A stretch of DNA of 63,847 nt, filler included, from Octopus bimaculoides (lineage: Eukaryota): assembly GCF_001194135.2 (NCBI RefSeq). It is 4 parts of 4 records of this genome, joined end to end, with 100 filler letters (N's around TTAATTAATTAA, not from the genome) between each part and the next. Parts side by side here need not be neighbours in the genome. Positions count along the whole stretch, not along the records: positions 1 to 30,124 come from NC_068982.1; 3 more parts are not named here. One strand, 5' to 3'. Numbering within the stretch: the first letter of the stretch is position 1; each line of letters opens with the position of its first letter. This document shows, piece after piece, positions 13,797 through 26,873 of this stretch. The translations under genes were made by a program, and so were the position numbers. The notes under the pieces are model-generated. The model made no database searches. It had not been told where the DNA came from and worked only from the letters and a program-made list of their open reading frames with translations.

Positions 13797-14459
13797 ACAC
13801 GCAGAAACACAAACACGTACGCACATACACTCATCCACATATATATGTATAAATGCACGTACGTGTGCGTGCGTGTGTGTGTGTGTGTGTGCGTAAAATA
13901 TAGAGAGTGCGTAGGCGTATAGATGACTTCATGCGAATGAATTCCTGTGCGTGTGTATGTGTGTGTGTGTGTATGCGTGAATGTGCCTCTGTGCGATGTG
14001 TGTAGAGTTATGTATGTGGACGGCGGTAAACTTGTTATCGAAAACAAGTCCTAGGCTGCCAGGAGTGTGAGGTGAGGTGGCGCTGGATGTGGTGCATTTA
14101 TGTGTGTAGTGATGTGAAAGAAGTCGTCTGGTATGTGTGTGTGTGTGTACGTACGTGTATATGTATGTATCTGTGTGAGCGTATATATTTGAATATGTAC
14201 GTATGGATGAATACACTTATATACTAATACATAAATTCATACATACACAGACACATATATATATGAATATATATATATATATATATAGATATATATATCC
14301 CTCTATGAATATACATATATACGTATATATATATATATAAATATATACATGCACATACCTATATACTTATACATATATACACATATATGTGTGCTTATAC
14401 ATATATTTGTACGTCTATAGGTGTATTACATATATTTAGATGTATGCGTGTATATATGT

Positions 14460-14490
<31 letters not shown>

Positions 14491-15422
14491 NNNNNNNNNN
14501 NNNNNNNNNNNNNNNNNNNNNNNNNNNNNNNNNNNNNNNNNNNNNNNNNNNNNNNNNNNNNNNNNNNNNNNNNNNNNNNNNNNNNNNNNNNNNNNNNNNN
14601 NNNNNNNNNNNNNNNNNNNNNNNNNNNNNNNNNNNNNNNNNNNNNNNNNNNNNNNNNNNNNNNNNNNNNNNNNNNNNNNNNNNNNNNNNNNNNNNNNNNN
14701 NNNNNNNNNNNNNNNNNNNNNNNNNNNNNNNNNNNNNNNNNNNNNNNNNNNNNNNNNNNNNNNNNNNNNNNNNNNNNNNNNNNNNNNNNNNNNNNNNNNN
14801 NNNNNNNNNNNNNNNNNNNNNNNNNNNNNTATATATATATATATATATATATATTTGTGTGTATGACTGTGCATATGTACATATATATGTATGTAAGTAT
14901 GTATGTATGTATGCGTGTTCGAATGTATGTATGCGTGTGTGTAAGTGTTTAAGTACATCTATATATGTCTACTACTATAAATTTGTTATCGAGCGTAAAG
15001 CTTGTGCTGCCAGCGAGACGTAGATATGGGTGGCGGTGGCTGTTATGCGTGTATTGGTGTATATGAGTACGTATGCATGTGTGCGTTTGTACATGTTTAT
15101 ACACATATATACACACACACAAACACACAAACATATGAGTGAGTGCGTGCGTGGATTACGAAGTGTAATATGCGGGAGTAATATGGGCTGTTGTAATATG
15201 TGTGTATGTGTTTGTGTTTGAACTTTAATATGTATGTATGTATGTTTATATATATGTACTTGTGTTTGTCGCTTGGTCTTTTGTCTTTCTAGATCAATAT
15301 AAGTCGGTGATCGAAGACCACTGCAGCTGGGATAGAGAGGGTAGGTCGACGAGTTTGAGGTGTGTGCATGCGTGTGCTTGTCTATGCATGTGCGTCGGTT
15401 TGTGTGTGTGTGTGTTTGCGAA

Positions 15423-15456
<34 letters not shown>

Positions 15457-15957
15457 GAGTAGATAATGAGAAAGTGGGGGACACTACGGATGTATGTGCA
15501 TTGGCGTATGTGAATTTACGCATCATTGTGTCTATCTACAAATGAGTTCCATTTTGCATTTTGTTTTCGTAGGGAACCAAATGCATGTATGTATGTATGT
15601 ATGTATGTATATACATAAACTTATATATATATATATATATANNNNNNNNNNNNNNNNNNNNNNNNNNNNNNNNNNNNNNNNNNNNNNNNNNNNNNNNNNN
15701 NNNNNNNNNNNNNNNNNNNNNNNNNNNNNNNNNNNNNNNNNNNNNNNNNNNNNNNNNNNNNNNNNNNNNNNNNNNNNNNNNNNNNNNNNNNNNNNNNNNN
15801 NNNNNNNNNNNNNNNNNNNNNNNNNNNNNNNNNNNNNATATATATATATATATATATATAAGTACATATTTTTACTGGTGTATATATGTAGACATGTATG
15901 TGCGTTTATCTGCTATCATCTCACTTAGGTATTTACATCATGTTTAGATTTCCTGGG

Positions 15958-16033
<76 letters not shown>

Positions 16034-16457
16034 ACCCTCCCTCATCTACCCTTTCTGCCCCCTCTCTCTATATATACATATGTTTATACATGTGTGTATA
16101 TATATGTGTGTGTATATATATATGTATTGCACACCACGCGTCTATATTTTGCGCAACTGATCCTTCCATACAAACATATGCATATATGTGTGGGGCTGAA
16201 TGGGGGTGGTGTGTGTGTGTGTGCGCGTGCGGATGTGTGGGTGTGCGTATGTGTGTTTGCTCATTGGGTCACCGTACCCTGTGAATTAACCACGGGGCCG
16301 ATCTTTCACAGTCACGCTAAAAACATGTTTCTAAACATATCACCAGGAACATATACTCGGTTATAATTCTCTCTTTGTTCACACGCACGCATACATTCAG
16401 ACATTCACACACTCGCACACATAGTTACACGCATACATGCACTTACACCCACTGACA

Positions 16458-16505
<48 letters not shown>
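11215..16505. repeat. Compound microsatellite field: (AGT)n, (GT)n, (GAT)n, (AAT)n, (TA)n, (TATC)n, (CA)n, with gaps
   Basis: (AGT)n about 11238-11325; (GAT)n/(AAT)n 11973-12116; (CTAT)n about 15958-16031; multiple TA/CA arrays ending at N-gaps. This explains the low-complexity ORFs in the track. Confidence 0.95.
13174..13217 (+). CDS. Candidate first coding exon of an unidentified gene (MAEKSIDLLIRCVE + CC, phase-2 donor)
   Basis: aaaATGG initiation context, 14 open codons, then CC|GTAAGT consensus donor at 13218-13223, preceded by an A-rich UTR-like leader. No downstream exon or homology was recognised. Confidence 0.3.
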
Positions 16506-16508
<3 letters not shown>

Positions 16509-16764
16509 TATTTTGCAAATGCAAGAATGAATTTTCGGGCAATGTTTACTAAAATGTTCAATATATTTGAATATATTTCAACGAGGCACATCGCATGTAT
16601 ATCTGTTATGTAATGTAAACAAAGGCATACATTGAAAACGTTTATCCGTACATGAGTAAGTGTTTCTAGTACACATGTTTTTAAAATCATATGAATATTA
16701 TAAAGCTATAATTATTTCAAATGTTTCAAGTTTGGGCATAATGCCGGCAATTTTAATGGGAGGA

Positions 16765-16905
16765 GAGATCAATGTATTGCATCGATCTCAGTGTTCACCT
16801 CGCACTTATCTTATCAAATCCGAAGTCATCGAAGGTAAACTCAACCTCGGTGGAATTTCAACTCAGAACGTAACGAACCGGAAGAAACGCTACTTAGCGT
16901 TTTGA
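16765..16905 (-). mobile_element. SINE (same family as 3075)
   Basis: Reverse complement of the ctgagttgaaattccaccgaggttgagtttaccttcgatgac...gataagataagt core. Confidence 0.7.
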
Positions 16906-17839
16906 CCTGCACCCTAAGGAGTCTGCTTGCTCATCACCTTGAGACTGTGAAACTATAACAGCACTAGAAATAACTGAATCTCCACAACATTCTGCAGCTG
17001 CCTCTGCTACAAATACGCTTTAAGTATCTATCTCTGATAGTTTTCGCAAGAGAAGGAAATAAAATCCTGTTTTAATCTGATCTGAGCTTCCAGTTATTCT
17101 TTCTTAAATTTAATTCTCTCATAGTCGCCATCATACGTATGGAACATGGAACATAATTAGAAAGAGTCAACGTTCTAATTGACGTACGTTTAAGTATTGG
17201 GGTTTTTTTTTGCCTTTACGTAATATGATCTATATTCGAAGAATTCAGCAACTTTACACTTATCTTTCATGCAAACTCCGTCTCACTAGAAAATTTTGAA
17301 ATTATTTCTGCTTGCCTTAGCTATACTAACGCAAGAATTATGTATAAAAATGCTTTAATTCTGCCGCCAACTGAAGAGGTCAAATGACACAAGATCACCG
17401 TTCATGACATTTTCCTACGTGGTCTTTTGATAAAACTCAGTCAACATTGCAACTTTAAAAGTGCCATGTTTGATCCTTACAACCACAAAAATATTCGTAA
17501 CACATTTATGAACAGAATTCCGTCTGCTCATATATTAAGTAGACAAAATTCTAGCCCTCACTTCAATTGCAAATTAGTCTCGTACCTTGGAAATGGCCAC
17601 GATAGGTTCTTATTCCTAAGACTTCACTCTGCGTGTAGAAGGTCATGTAGAATAATCTACCGAAATGGTTAAAGAAGAATTTTAAAAAAAACAGAAAAAA
17701 ACAGATTCTTGTACGGCAATGTTTCGTCAAAGGTGCTATTTCTGGAAGAATTTCTACGATCGCAGTCGATTGTCACCCCGTGTTGTTATGTGTTTAAAGT
17801 GTTAGAAAAATAGATTTTGTTTCAAGTTATGTATATTCT

Positions 17840-19220
17840 CAAAAGACCAAGTAAGCATTTCTTTTCTCCCTGCGACATTTGATCAGTTACCACTGCCGAC
17901 CTTAAAATCGATTTAAGCGTTCGAAGAACTTATCTAAAAGAGTTTTTTGACACAAGTGGTCCAGAAATTTTTATCTCAGAATTAGCTGTGCTCGTCCTAA
18001 GGTGATCGACAAAAAAATGATATGATATCAATGACTTTAGCGAAATTGACCGCACGATTCCAGAAATGTTGAGAACTGAAATTCAGATGAAAAGACCACC
18101 TGTAATATCATTAACATTTTCTTGTACTTCCTGACAGATATTAACACTTCATTTTTGGCATTTTTGTTTTTAATAAACATTCGTTTGCTAAAGTTGACTT
18201 AGGGATCCACAGCCAGAGTTAAAGGTTTGACTTTTAGCCCCGTTAAAATTAATCCATCAAGAGACTTCTCCAAACTATTGTCACATATTCAATGTGAAAT
18301 TAGGAAACTCCATGAGTTTTAAAATGGTCTGGTGCCGAATTTATTCGATCGGTAATGAAGAGGAAGATCAAAGTGGTTCCCTCTAGCGAGCGAAATAGCA
18401 TTTCGTTATAGATGACGCTAAAAGTTGCATAATAGTTGACTCGAAAGACAATGGAAATTGTACCACTGGTCAATTACAATTTTAGTTACCATGTAATACA
18501 GGAGAAAGCACACTCAGTTTGATGCTGTTGTTGTTGTTGTTGGTAGTGGTGTTTTATACCGTATCACTGAAGTAATCTCTCCAGGGTGCGAGGCTGGGTT
18601 GGGTCTGTGGAAAACCTGGGTTACGCTGATGCCAAATCCTCTCTGTTGGCGGTGCCCGAAAGAATTACAAAATATATTGTCTAAATGATATACATACAGT
18701 TTTGCTGCGATTGTTGTCGGAAAACGTCAGTTGAAACACCAGGTCACCCCAGGGGCTCAACTGGATATATCATAAACTCTATTATTTGGTCTTTGTCTTA
18801 TAACTGGAGATCCAGGATATTGGAGAGAGACCCCAGGCCAGGTACAATCAACTGGAGCTAAATGATCTCCGACTCATCTGTCCTTACAAATTAATTCGTC
18901 TACTTACTGGCATTTTTGTCAGTCGCAATTGATGGTCTCCCATTGCTTGGTTTCTTTTCAATGCTGATTTGCTCTTTACACTTCATCCATCTATGAGCAA
19001 TGATGTCATCTCTGCAACACATTCTGTAACGTTCTTTGGATGTTTAAAGAGCCTGTACTCCCTACTTCATTAAAAAAATCAATGAAGTCACGTTGCTTCT
19101 CCTTGGAATCTATTATTGGCCTGCAATGAAAAGGAACAAGAAGAAGAATTGCTCAACCAACATGTGCAATTTGAAATGTTTGTTTGGATGCATTTGGTTG
19201 GTGCAAAAATAATTGCGTCT
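17840..19220. mobile_element. Decayed Tc1/mariner fragments
   Basis: KVIDKKM-like transposase C-terminus (+, about 18000); L..RWMKCKE...IEK C-terminus (-, about 18955-19005); ttggttggtgcaaaaataattgcg (19193-19216) resembling the Hsmar1/MADE1 TIR TTAGGTTGGTGCAAAAGTAATTGCGG. Confidence 0.45.
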
Positions 19221-19565
19221 TACCATGATTATTTCGGGTCTTTATGCAGTGAAGCGAATCAATTTAAAAGAACTANNNNNNNNNNTATATATATATATAT
19301 ATGTATGTATGTATGTAAAGCGTAGAATCACAAGAGATGATACGTGAATATAGATTTAATAGTTCCATATGACTTCCGTAACCCTTTTCATGTATAATAA
19401 ATTTCGATTCCCAAATTTATATATACGTAAATGTTTACATCAATTCGCGTACTCAGCATTATATAATACAATTCTATATACACAGAAATAAGAATAACAG
19501 AGAAAATTAACTTTCCTAATCATGTACTGGAGCATCTTGGGTACATCGGGATTCAACTCTACTTC

Positions 19566-19597
<32 letters not shown>

Positions 19598-20113
19598 NNN
19601 NNNNNNNNNNNNNNNNNNNNNNNNNNNNNNNNNNNNNNNNNNNNNNNNNNNNNNNNNNNNNNNNNNNNNNNNNNNNNNNNNNNNNNNNNNNNNNNNNNNN
19701 NNNNNNNNNNNNNNNNNNNNNNNNNNNNNNNNNNNNNNNNNNNNNNNNNNNNNNNNNNNNNNNNNNNNNNNNNNNNNNNNNNNNNNNNNNNNNNNNNNNN
19801 NNNNNNNNNNNNNNNNNNNNNNNNNNNNNNNNNNNNNNNNNNNNNNNNNNNNNNNNNNNNNNNNNNNNNNNNNNNNNNNNNNNNNNNNNNNNNNNNNNNN
19901 NNNNNNNNNNNNNNNNNNNNNNNNNNNNNNNNNNNNNNNNNNNNNNNNNNNNNNNNNNNNNNNNNNNNNNNNNNNNNNNNNNNNNNNNNNNNNNNNNNNN
20001 NNNNNNNNNNNNNNNNNNNNNNNNNNNNNNNNNNNNNNNNNNNNNNNNNNNNNNNNNNNNNNNNNNNNNNNNNNNNNNNNNNNNNNNNNNNNNNNNNNNN
20101 NNNNNNNNNNNNN

Positions 20114-20189
<76 letters not shown>

Positions 20190-20429
20190 CGCGTGCGCAT
20201 GCGGATGTCTGTGTGCGTGCGTGCGTGTTTATGTATGCTCGAAATGAGGAGCAGATACACAGCCGACAACTGATGAAGGGTACTTTCTCTGGTTCTACTT
20301 GTTCTGTTCTCCATTTTTCTCGTTGTTTACGTATTTAACTCCTTTGTTTACGCATGTTATTTGCACCGTTGGTAACGTCCTGTTCCCAGACTGACCACAG
20401 CCATCATCCTAATACAGTATCAGCTGACA

Positions 20430-20645
20430 ATAGAACAAGGAGGAGGAAGTGGGCTGGCGAGGAAAACAGGATAGTGATACCGCGCTACTTAGAAAGTGAA
20501 CCTAAAAGAAGGGACTATAGAAAACGGATGTTAATACTTTGGGTAGAGAAGGGTATGTTTAAAGTGACTGAGCAGAGATTAGTTGATTAAGCTAATGCTA
20601 TTAGAAGAAGAAAGTGGATGACAGAATTGGAGATAGAATTGGTCG
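20430..20645 (+). mobile_element. Isolated 5' fragment of Dong-like family A
   Basis: RRKWAGEENRIV...MFKVTEQRLVD*ANAIRRRKWMTELEIE; aaagtgactgagcagagattag...gctaatgctattagaagaa...agtggatgacagaatt is nearly identical to the reverse complement of about 3010-3078. Confidence 0.8.
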
Positions 20646-21854
20646 AAAGAAGCTCTGACTTTCTTTAAGAGTGGTCCACATAACCATTCATGATATAGAA
20701 GCTGGGAGCCTATTTCAGTTTGGGACTGAATCGTCATCACATGTCACTTAGTCGCAAACACATGTCACATAGCTTCAATAGAATGCTGTATCACCAACAA
20801 TAATGTGATTTCTCACTGACATCACCCAATAATCTATCAAATCCATTTACACATTTCTCAATACATACTGCTGTTATGAATTCCCTCCCTCATGTTATGT
20901 CTCCATCGTAGATGGGTAGGTTTGCTAGTTGGACTAATTGGAAGAATGTTAACAAAATAAAGAATGTTCATAAACCAGCAACACAGACTCCACCGACATC
21001 GGCAACATACGGCGCCGAACTACCAAGCGATACTCAAAAATGAGATTTCCTTGATTCTTCAAGATTATGACAGCACGAAATAAAAGGCAAGTAAACGATT
21101 CTGAAGGAAAGAGTTCAGTAATTTAAGATTTGTGTCTAGCATTGTGAGTGAGCTGTGCAGAGTAGGAAATATGGGTCGTGTCTGTGATTTAGAGGTTTAA
21201 TTAGCCGAGAGTCAGCTTCCAGAAAGTTCATGGCGGTTTGAAATTAAGCGTCTCAGATTCGGTCGGACACTACAAGATGGCAGCTTGGTTACTATTGGTT
21301 GGTTCATGTAAATGTATGTATGAATCTGCGTATACATGTATACGTACACACACGCACACACCATTAACACACATATACAAATACCGTATGTCTGTGAATA
21401 TACATGTATATACGAATATACCAATGTGTGTATAAACGCGTGTATCTTTTTGCACCAACGGACTGGTGAGAACAAGTGCGTGTATATATTGATAAGCATT
21501 CCAAGTACATCTCTGTTACGCTTTCACTATCCTCTTCCCTTTCTTATGTTACCTTTTATTCCTCACACCCACCTCTTTCCTTTTTCCGGTTTCTCTCAAG
21601 CTACACTCTGTGTCTCTTCTATTTTTCTTGTCGTTTTTCCTTTGTATTCGCTCATGGTTATTTTTCTAACCACTTCTCTCTTTGTTATATGAATGCATAT
21701 GCATATATTTCATATACATGCTTAAATGCACTGAAACACGCGGCACACAGAGACACATACACTAAATATATAATTACTTGCGTGTGTCTGCGATTATGCA
21801 TGTGCGTGTATGTGTGCATTTGTATACATGGGTGTATGTATGCGTATGTATATA

Positions 21855-21888
<34 letters not shown>

Positions 21889-22245
21889 NNNNNNNNNNNN
21901 NNNNNNNNNNNNNNNNNNNNNNNNNNNNNNNNNNNNNNNNNNNNNNNNNNNNNNNNNNNNNNNNNNNNNNNNNNNNNNNNNNNNNNNNNNNNNNNNNNNN
22001 NNNNNNNNNNNNNNNNTATATAAATGGATACACACACACAGAAAGAGAGAGAGAGAGAAAGATAAAGAGTAGAGGGACAGATAATGAATAAAGAAATATA
22101 GCTAGACAGATGAGTTATATTCAAAGACGGGTAGATAGATTATATAGGTATATTTTATATATCATGTATATATACATATCTATACATATATATACATATA
22201 TATACACTCATACGTACATATCTATCTATTTATCAATCTATCTAC

Positions 22246-22305
<60 letters not shown>

Positions 22306-22398
22306 ACATACATACATACATACATGCATACATGCATACATACATACATACATACACATACACATACATAGGCATACATACACATGCAAACATACATA

Positions 22399-22434
<36 letters not shown>

Positions 22435-22929
22435 TGTATGTGTGTGTGTCTGTATGTATTTGTGCGTGTGTATATAAAATGATGTGTGTGGATGTATATA
22501 ATTGAGAAGGTTCATGAGAAAAGAGAAAGAGATACAAACATAGAGGCAAACAGAAAGAAAGAGGGATAGAGGGAGGGGTAGAGAGGGTGATACAGAGAAG
22601 CAGAAAGAGAGAGAGAAAGAGAGATAGAAAGAGAGAAAAGAAGAAGGAAGCGGGTCAGAATGAAGGCTATGGAAGCTGTTAGAGTGTGTGAGTGAGGTGT
22701 GAGGATGTTTACTTAAGATTTACTTAAGCATTAATAAGGAAAATAAATCGTGATATATTTCTGCACTGACCGATTTCTCGTGGGAAATGGGAAAAAATTC
22801 TCTGGGGTGGAATCAAGCGAAATGTACTGAAGCTGAGAATTGCTCAAGGCTACAATGAGCCGTTGTTTATAATTGATATCTATGGACGCAGATATGGATG
22901 TATATATAATGTATGTATGCATGCATCTA

Positions 22930-22996
<67 letters not shown>

Positions 22997-23188
22997 ATAT
23001 ATATATATGCATGTCTGCATGTGTGAATGTATATACGTATGTATGTATGTATGTATGTATGTATGTTTGTATGCTTGTGTGTGTATATGTATAAATTAAT
23101 GCTTGTACTTATATGAATATATGTATACATGTTTGCATGTATGTACGTGCGTAAGCCTATATGCATATGTGTTCGAATGTGTGCGTGC

Positions 23189-23228
<40 letters not shown>

Positions 23229-23949
23229 CATATTTATATATGCATAAATATATGATATATATATGTATAATTATGTGATATATATATAGGCATGTACATA
23301 TAAATGTATGTATGTATGTGTGTGTGTATATATATATATATATTCAGGTACATGTAAATGTATATATATATATATATATACATGTAGATATAACTGTATA
23401 TATCTGTGTATGTACGTTTGTGATTGTTTATCTGAGGTGGTATACTTTTATACAAGTATATGTATCTATACATCAAGTTGCGACGCGAAAAAAAAAAAAA
23501 AGTAATCTGAAATGAAATTCTCCTTCCAAATTGAAGAGGAAAACAAAATCCTAACGGTATTTCCTGGAGTTTGTCACTGAAATGCATGATAGTTTCATAA
23601 TAAATGGAATGTTAATCTCTCAAGGTTTATTTATAAGCTTATGAAAACTCGGACTTTGTTTACAAACAAGAGCGATAACTTAGGTCATATTTTTCCCTAT
23701 TTGATCACTTCAGCCTAATGTAATCCATTCACATATTTATCATCTGCCAAGCGTTGTGATACATAGAAAAAAAAATGACAAATAATTTCTACAAAATAAT
23801 GGACAATTACTGCAAAGAGTTTTTTTTTTTTTTTAGCAACCTATCTATGTTGCGTCAAGGTAGAAATACATTTTGACCGAAGATTTCATATTTTATCGAT
23901 TTATCGAGATTGAACAGTGTTCTAGTGGTGTTATCAATTGTGCTGTAGA

Positions 23950-24125
23950 CTCAGGCAAGAAACTGACAGAATTGCTAAATTGTTGATACGCATGACATAC
24001 AGTATTAGTTCCGGCTCTTTATGTTCCGAGTTCAAATTCCGATGAGGTCAACTTCACCTTTTATCCTGTGAAGGTCGATGAATGAAAGAAATAATCAAGT
24101 ACTAGGGTCAATGGTATCGACAAAG
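23950..24125 (+). mobile_element. SINE (same family as 3075), diverged
   Basis: tatgttccgagttcaaattccgatgaggtcaacttcaccttttatcct...ggtcgat core. Confidence 0.7.
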
Positions 24126-24899
24126 CACTCCTCTTAGCGTCATATTTACTATTGATTTCATTCGATTACATAAAACATAGAGTGAAATTTTCCGTGGATG
24201 TATAATTGCACTCAGTTATGTTAGTAAATATCTAAGCTGCAAATTGGAAAATCTAAAGTTACACAAACTAACACGAAGTTTATAAATATGTAGCAATAAT
24301 ATTCATCTGTCAGACCACTACTACCAATATTGCAATTCGATAGAATATTACCCACGTGATAAAAATCTAACCACTAACGGTTTTGCGACAATTTCAAATT
24401 TGGCGCGCTTCCTTCTGAGCTTAACCATCAGTATTAACTCGGCACACCTTGGCTACTTGAGAGCATTGGGAAACAGCATATAGAGAGCATTGATAGACAC
24501 CATAGGAGATGGCCAACAGAAACGGCGAACAGCAGCTGACAACACAAAAGCGATGAACATTCGAAGGACGAAAGTCAATAGAAGACAGTAGTACGGCAAG
24601 TAGATAACCACACTTTAACTGCTGCTACAACTACACCAAGAACAATAATATTCAAAACTCTCTCGACGCTTTGCTATTCATTGTAACGAGAGTATTTGCT
24701 TTTTATGTATGAAAAATATGAAATTTTGTTTAGCAAAAATAACAAAATACTTCTGTATTCTTTATAACAAATACAGCCTATAAGTATTTCATATATCCAG
24801 GTCTATTTCCCAATTTTTAGGAGGGGATAGCCACAAGACACCACCAAGCATTCCATTTATTTCCCAGTTCAAAGAGGCGAGCTCCGTTCTATGCTCGGG

Positions 24900-25600
24900 T
24901 CAAGGCATAGAATGCAGCCCCCAATATCAGCAGCGGGGCCCGACAGCATATTCTGGTTTACCTTCACCGCATCATGTTGGCTCCATACCCCTTTGAGCAA
25001 CATCAAATTCACTCATCCGTCCGCAAACACTTTCCAAGCTTTCCTATCATTTATAAAGTCTCTTGCTTCTCTCACTCCAACACCTCTAACTACCAAAGCT
25101 TTCCTCACTCCATCCATCCATCCACACAAACCGAGGTCCGCCTCTGGTTCTGCTGCCTACCACTTCAGCCTTCATCACCCTCCTTACACTCCACTCCTCA
25201 TCCATCCTCTCCATGTGGCCAAACCACCCCAACATGTATCTATCTATTTTGGTTGTTAGTCTTTCTCTCATTCCTGCTCGCCTTTGCACCTCCTCATTCC
25301 TCATCCTGTCCATCCGTGTCACACCATCTATAGCCCTCAAACACCTCATCTCAAACACATCTAGTCGCCTCTTTTCACACGCTAACTCACCAGCAATGCC
25401 ACTTCCTCACGAGCCCTCCTACTCCCGATACTCGACCAGTCACATCACCAAACTAGTACTCTCCCTTACTTTTCATCTTAGTTTCGCTCAGTGCAAGCAC
25501 ATCCATCATTCTCCTCATCATAACACTCCCTATCTCTCTCCTCTTTACCTCACTTGTACTACACCCACGCACATTCCATGACCCTAGTACTAGAGTGAGA
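24900..25600 (-). mobile_element. RTE-clade LINE, internally deleted (APE N-terminus fused to the C-terminal end)
   Basis: WNVRGC...DVLALSETK (about 25400-25582) joined directly to LDVFEMRCLRAIDGVTRMDRMRNEEV...WFGHMERMDE...RGGPRFVWMD (25086-25375). Confidence 0.8.
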
Positions 25601-26174
25601 TTAGGTGTTAACATTCTCCCACCCCCTTATCTTTTTCTTGTCTTTTTAGGAGGGGAGGATTCCCAGCCCCTTCGCTCCCGCCTCTTTTAGTCGCCTCTTA
25701 CGCCACGTAGAAAATACGGTGACTGTATCCTACTGGTCTCCTCGCCAGTCGCAGTGGGGTTTGCTAGTTAACACATAGCTGGGACTCTTACAAATGGTAC
25801 TACTCCGGGCCAGGGTAGACCTGGGAACGAAAGTGGCTAAGAAGTTGTTCCACACTCCTGAAACCCTGAAGACAGGGCTCCGGGGTCCCACTACCGGATG
25901 TAGTTTACAATTTATAAGTAGAACAATAAAAATATGCAAGACTGTCTAAAAATCTGATATGTAACATTTATCGTTGTTGTTATCCTAAGTCTATTGATGG
26001 TGATTTTGTGTCTTAGTTAGAATCGAGCTCCTTTTCTTGTAAGAAGAATTAAAATACACAGAAAGAGTAAATATTCATTCATTCCTTTATTCATACATAG
26101 ATACATTTATACATTTATACATATATACATATACAAATACATATTTATATACATGGATATATCTATACACATTC

Positions 26175-26620
26175 CCTTATATGGAGGAGTGTATAAATGC
26201 TGGTTGGAATGCAGTACACTTTCCTGTAAAAGTTGGATGTAGGGGTTTTATAGGAACCAGACGAGGACGGTGGCTCCTATCAATCGGTATCCAAAATCGA
26301 CAAGCAAACACCATCTTAAAGGAAATCCAGGTGACAGTTGAGAGGGCCAGCCATTGGGTATGGCTGAAATGGAATGATGTAACTTGGCTGGAGAGGTGAT
26401 GATCCCGAAATGGACTTGATTGAAGTCGAACACTTGTCAGTTGAACCAGTAGGTGGAGCCCTCACATCAGTGAGTGTAGGTAGGGTACAGTGCGCTGTTA
26501 AGCTGTCGAGCGGAGCTCCTCGAACCGACGGTGCACATTCTCTCCCGATGACTGCTGAAACCTGGCATCCGGTCCGCCGAGTTTTCGACTGATTGCACTT
26601 GCTCAAGCAAGCCGTTTCCA
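26175..26620 (+). mobile_element. 3' end of a HERO-like RLE non-LTR retrotransposon, 5'-truncated
   Basis: EECINAGWNAVHFPVKVGCRGF...LLSIGI...ERASHWVWLKWNDVTW* (26181-26399) matches the recalled HERO C-terminal pattern GW...PVEVGCRGF...AE.AS.WLW.KR...W; a GC-richer 3' UTR follows. Confidence 0.6.
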
Positions 26621-26831
26621 AGTTTCTATACGTATGCATACGTAATTACATGCACATTTACATTCATACAAGTATATACATATACGCATATATTCACAAA
26701 TACATATGCATATACTTTTATACATACATTTATCGATATATACATGTACAGATTTATAGATACATACATACATACATACATACATACATACGAACATATA
26801 TGCAAATACACAGGCATACACATTACATACG

Positions 26832-26873
<42 letters not shown>

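Noticed and set aside
16275-16297. TACCCTGT (miR-10-like seed) in a short hairpin
   Set aside because: Only 8 nt match miR-10 and the stem is 7 bp, too short for a pre-miRNA.
16301-16366. Possible second exon for the orphan 13174 exon (tctttcacag|T CAC GCT AAA AAC...)
   Set aside because: The phase is compatible, but the donor (CG|gttata) is poor and the peptide is unrecognisable; there is not enough support to call it.
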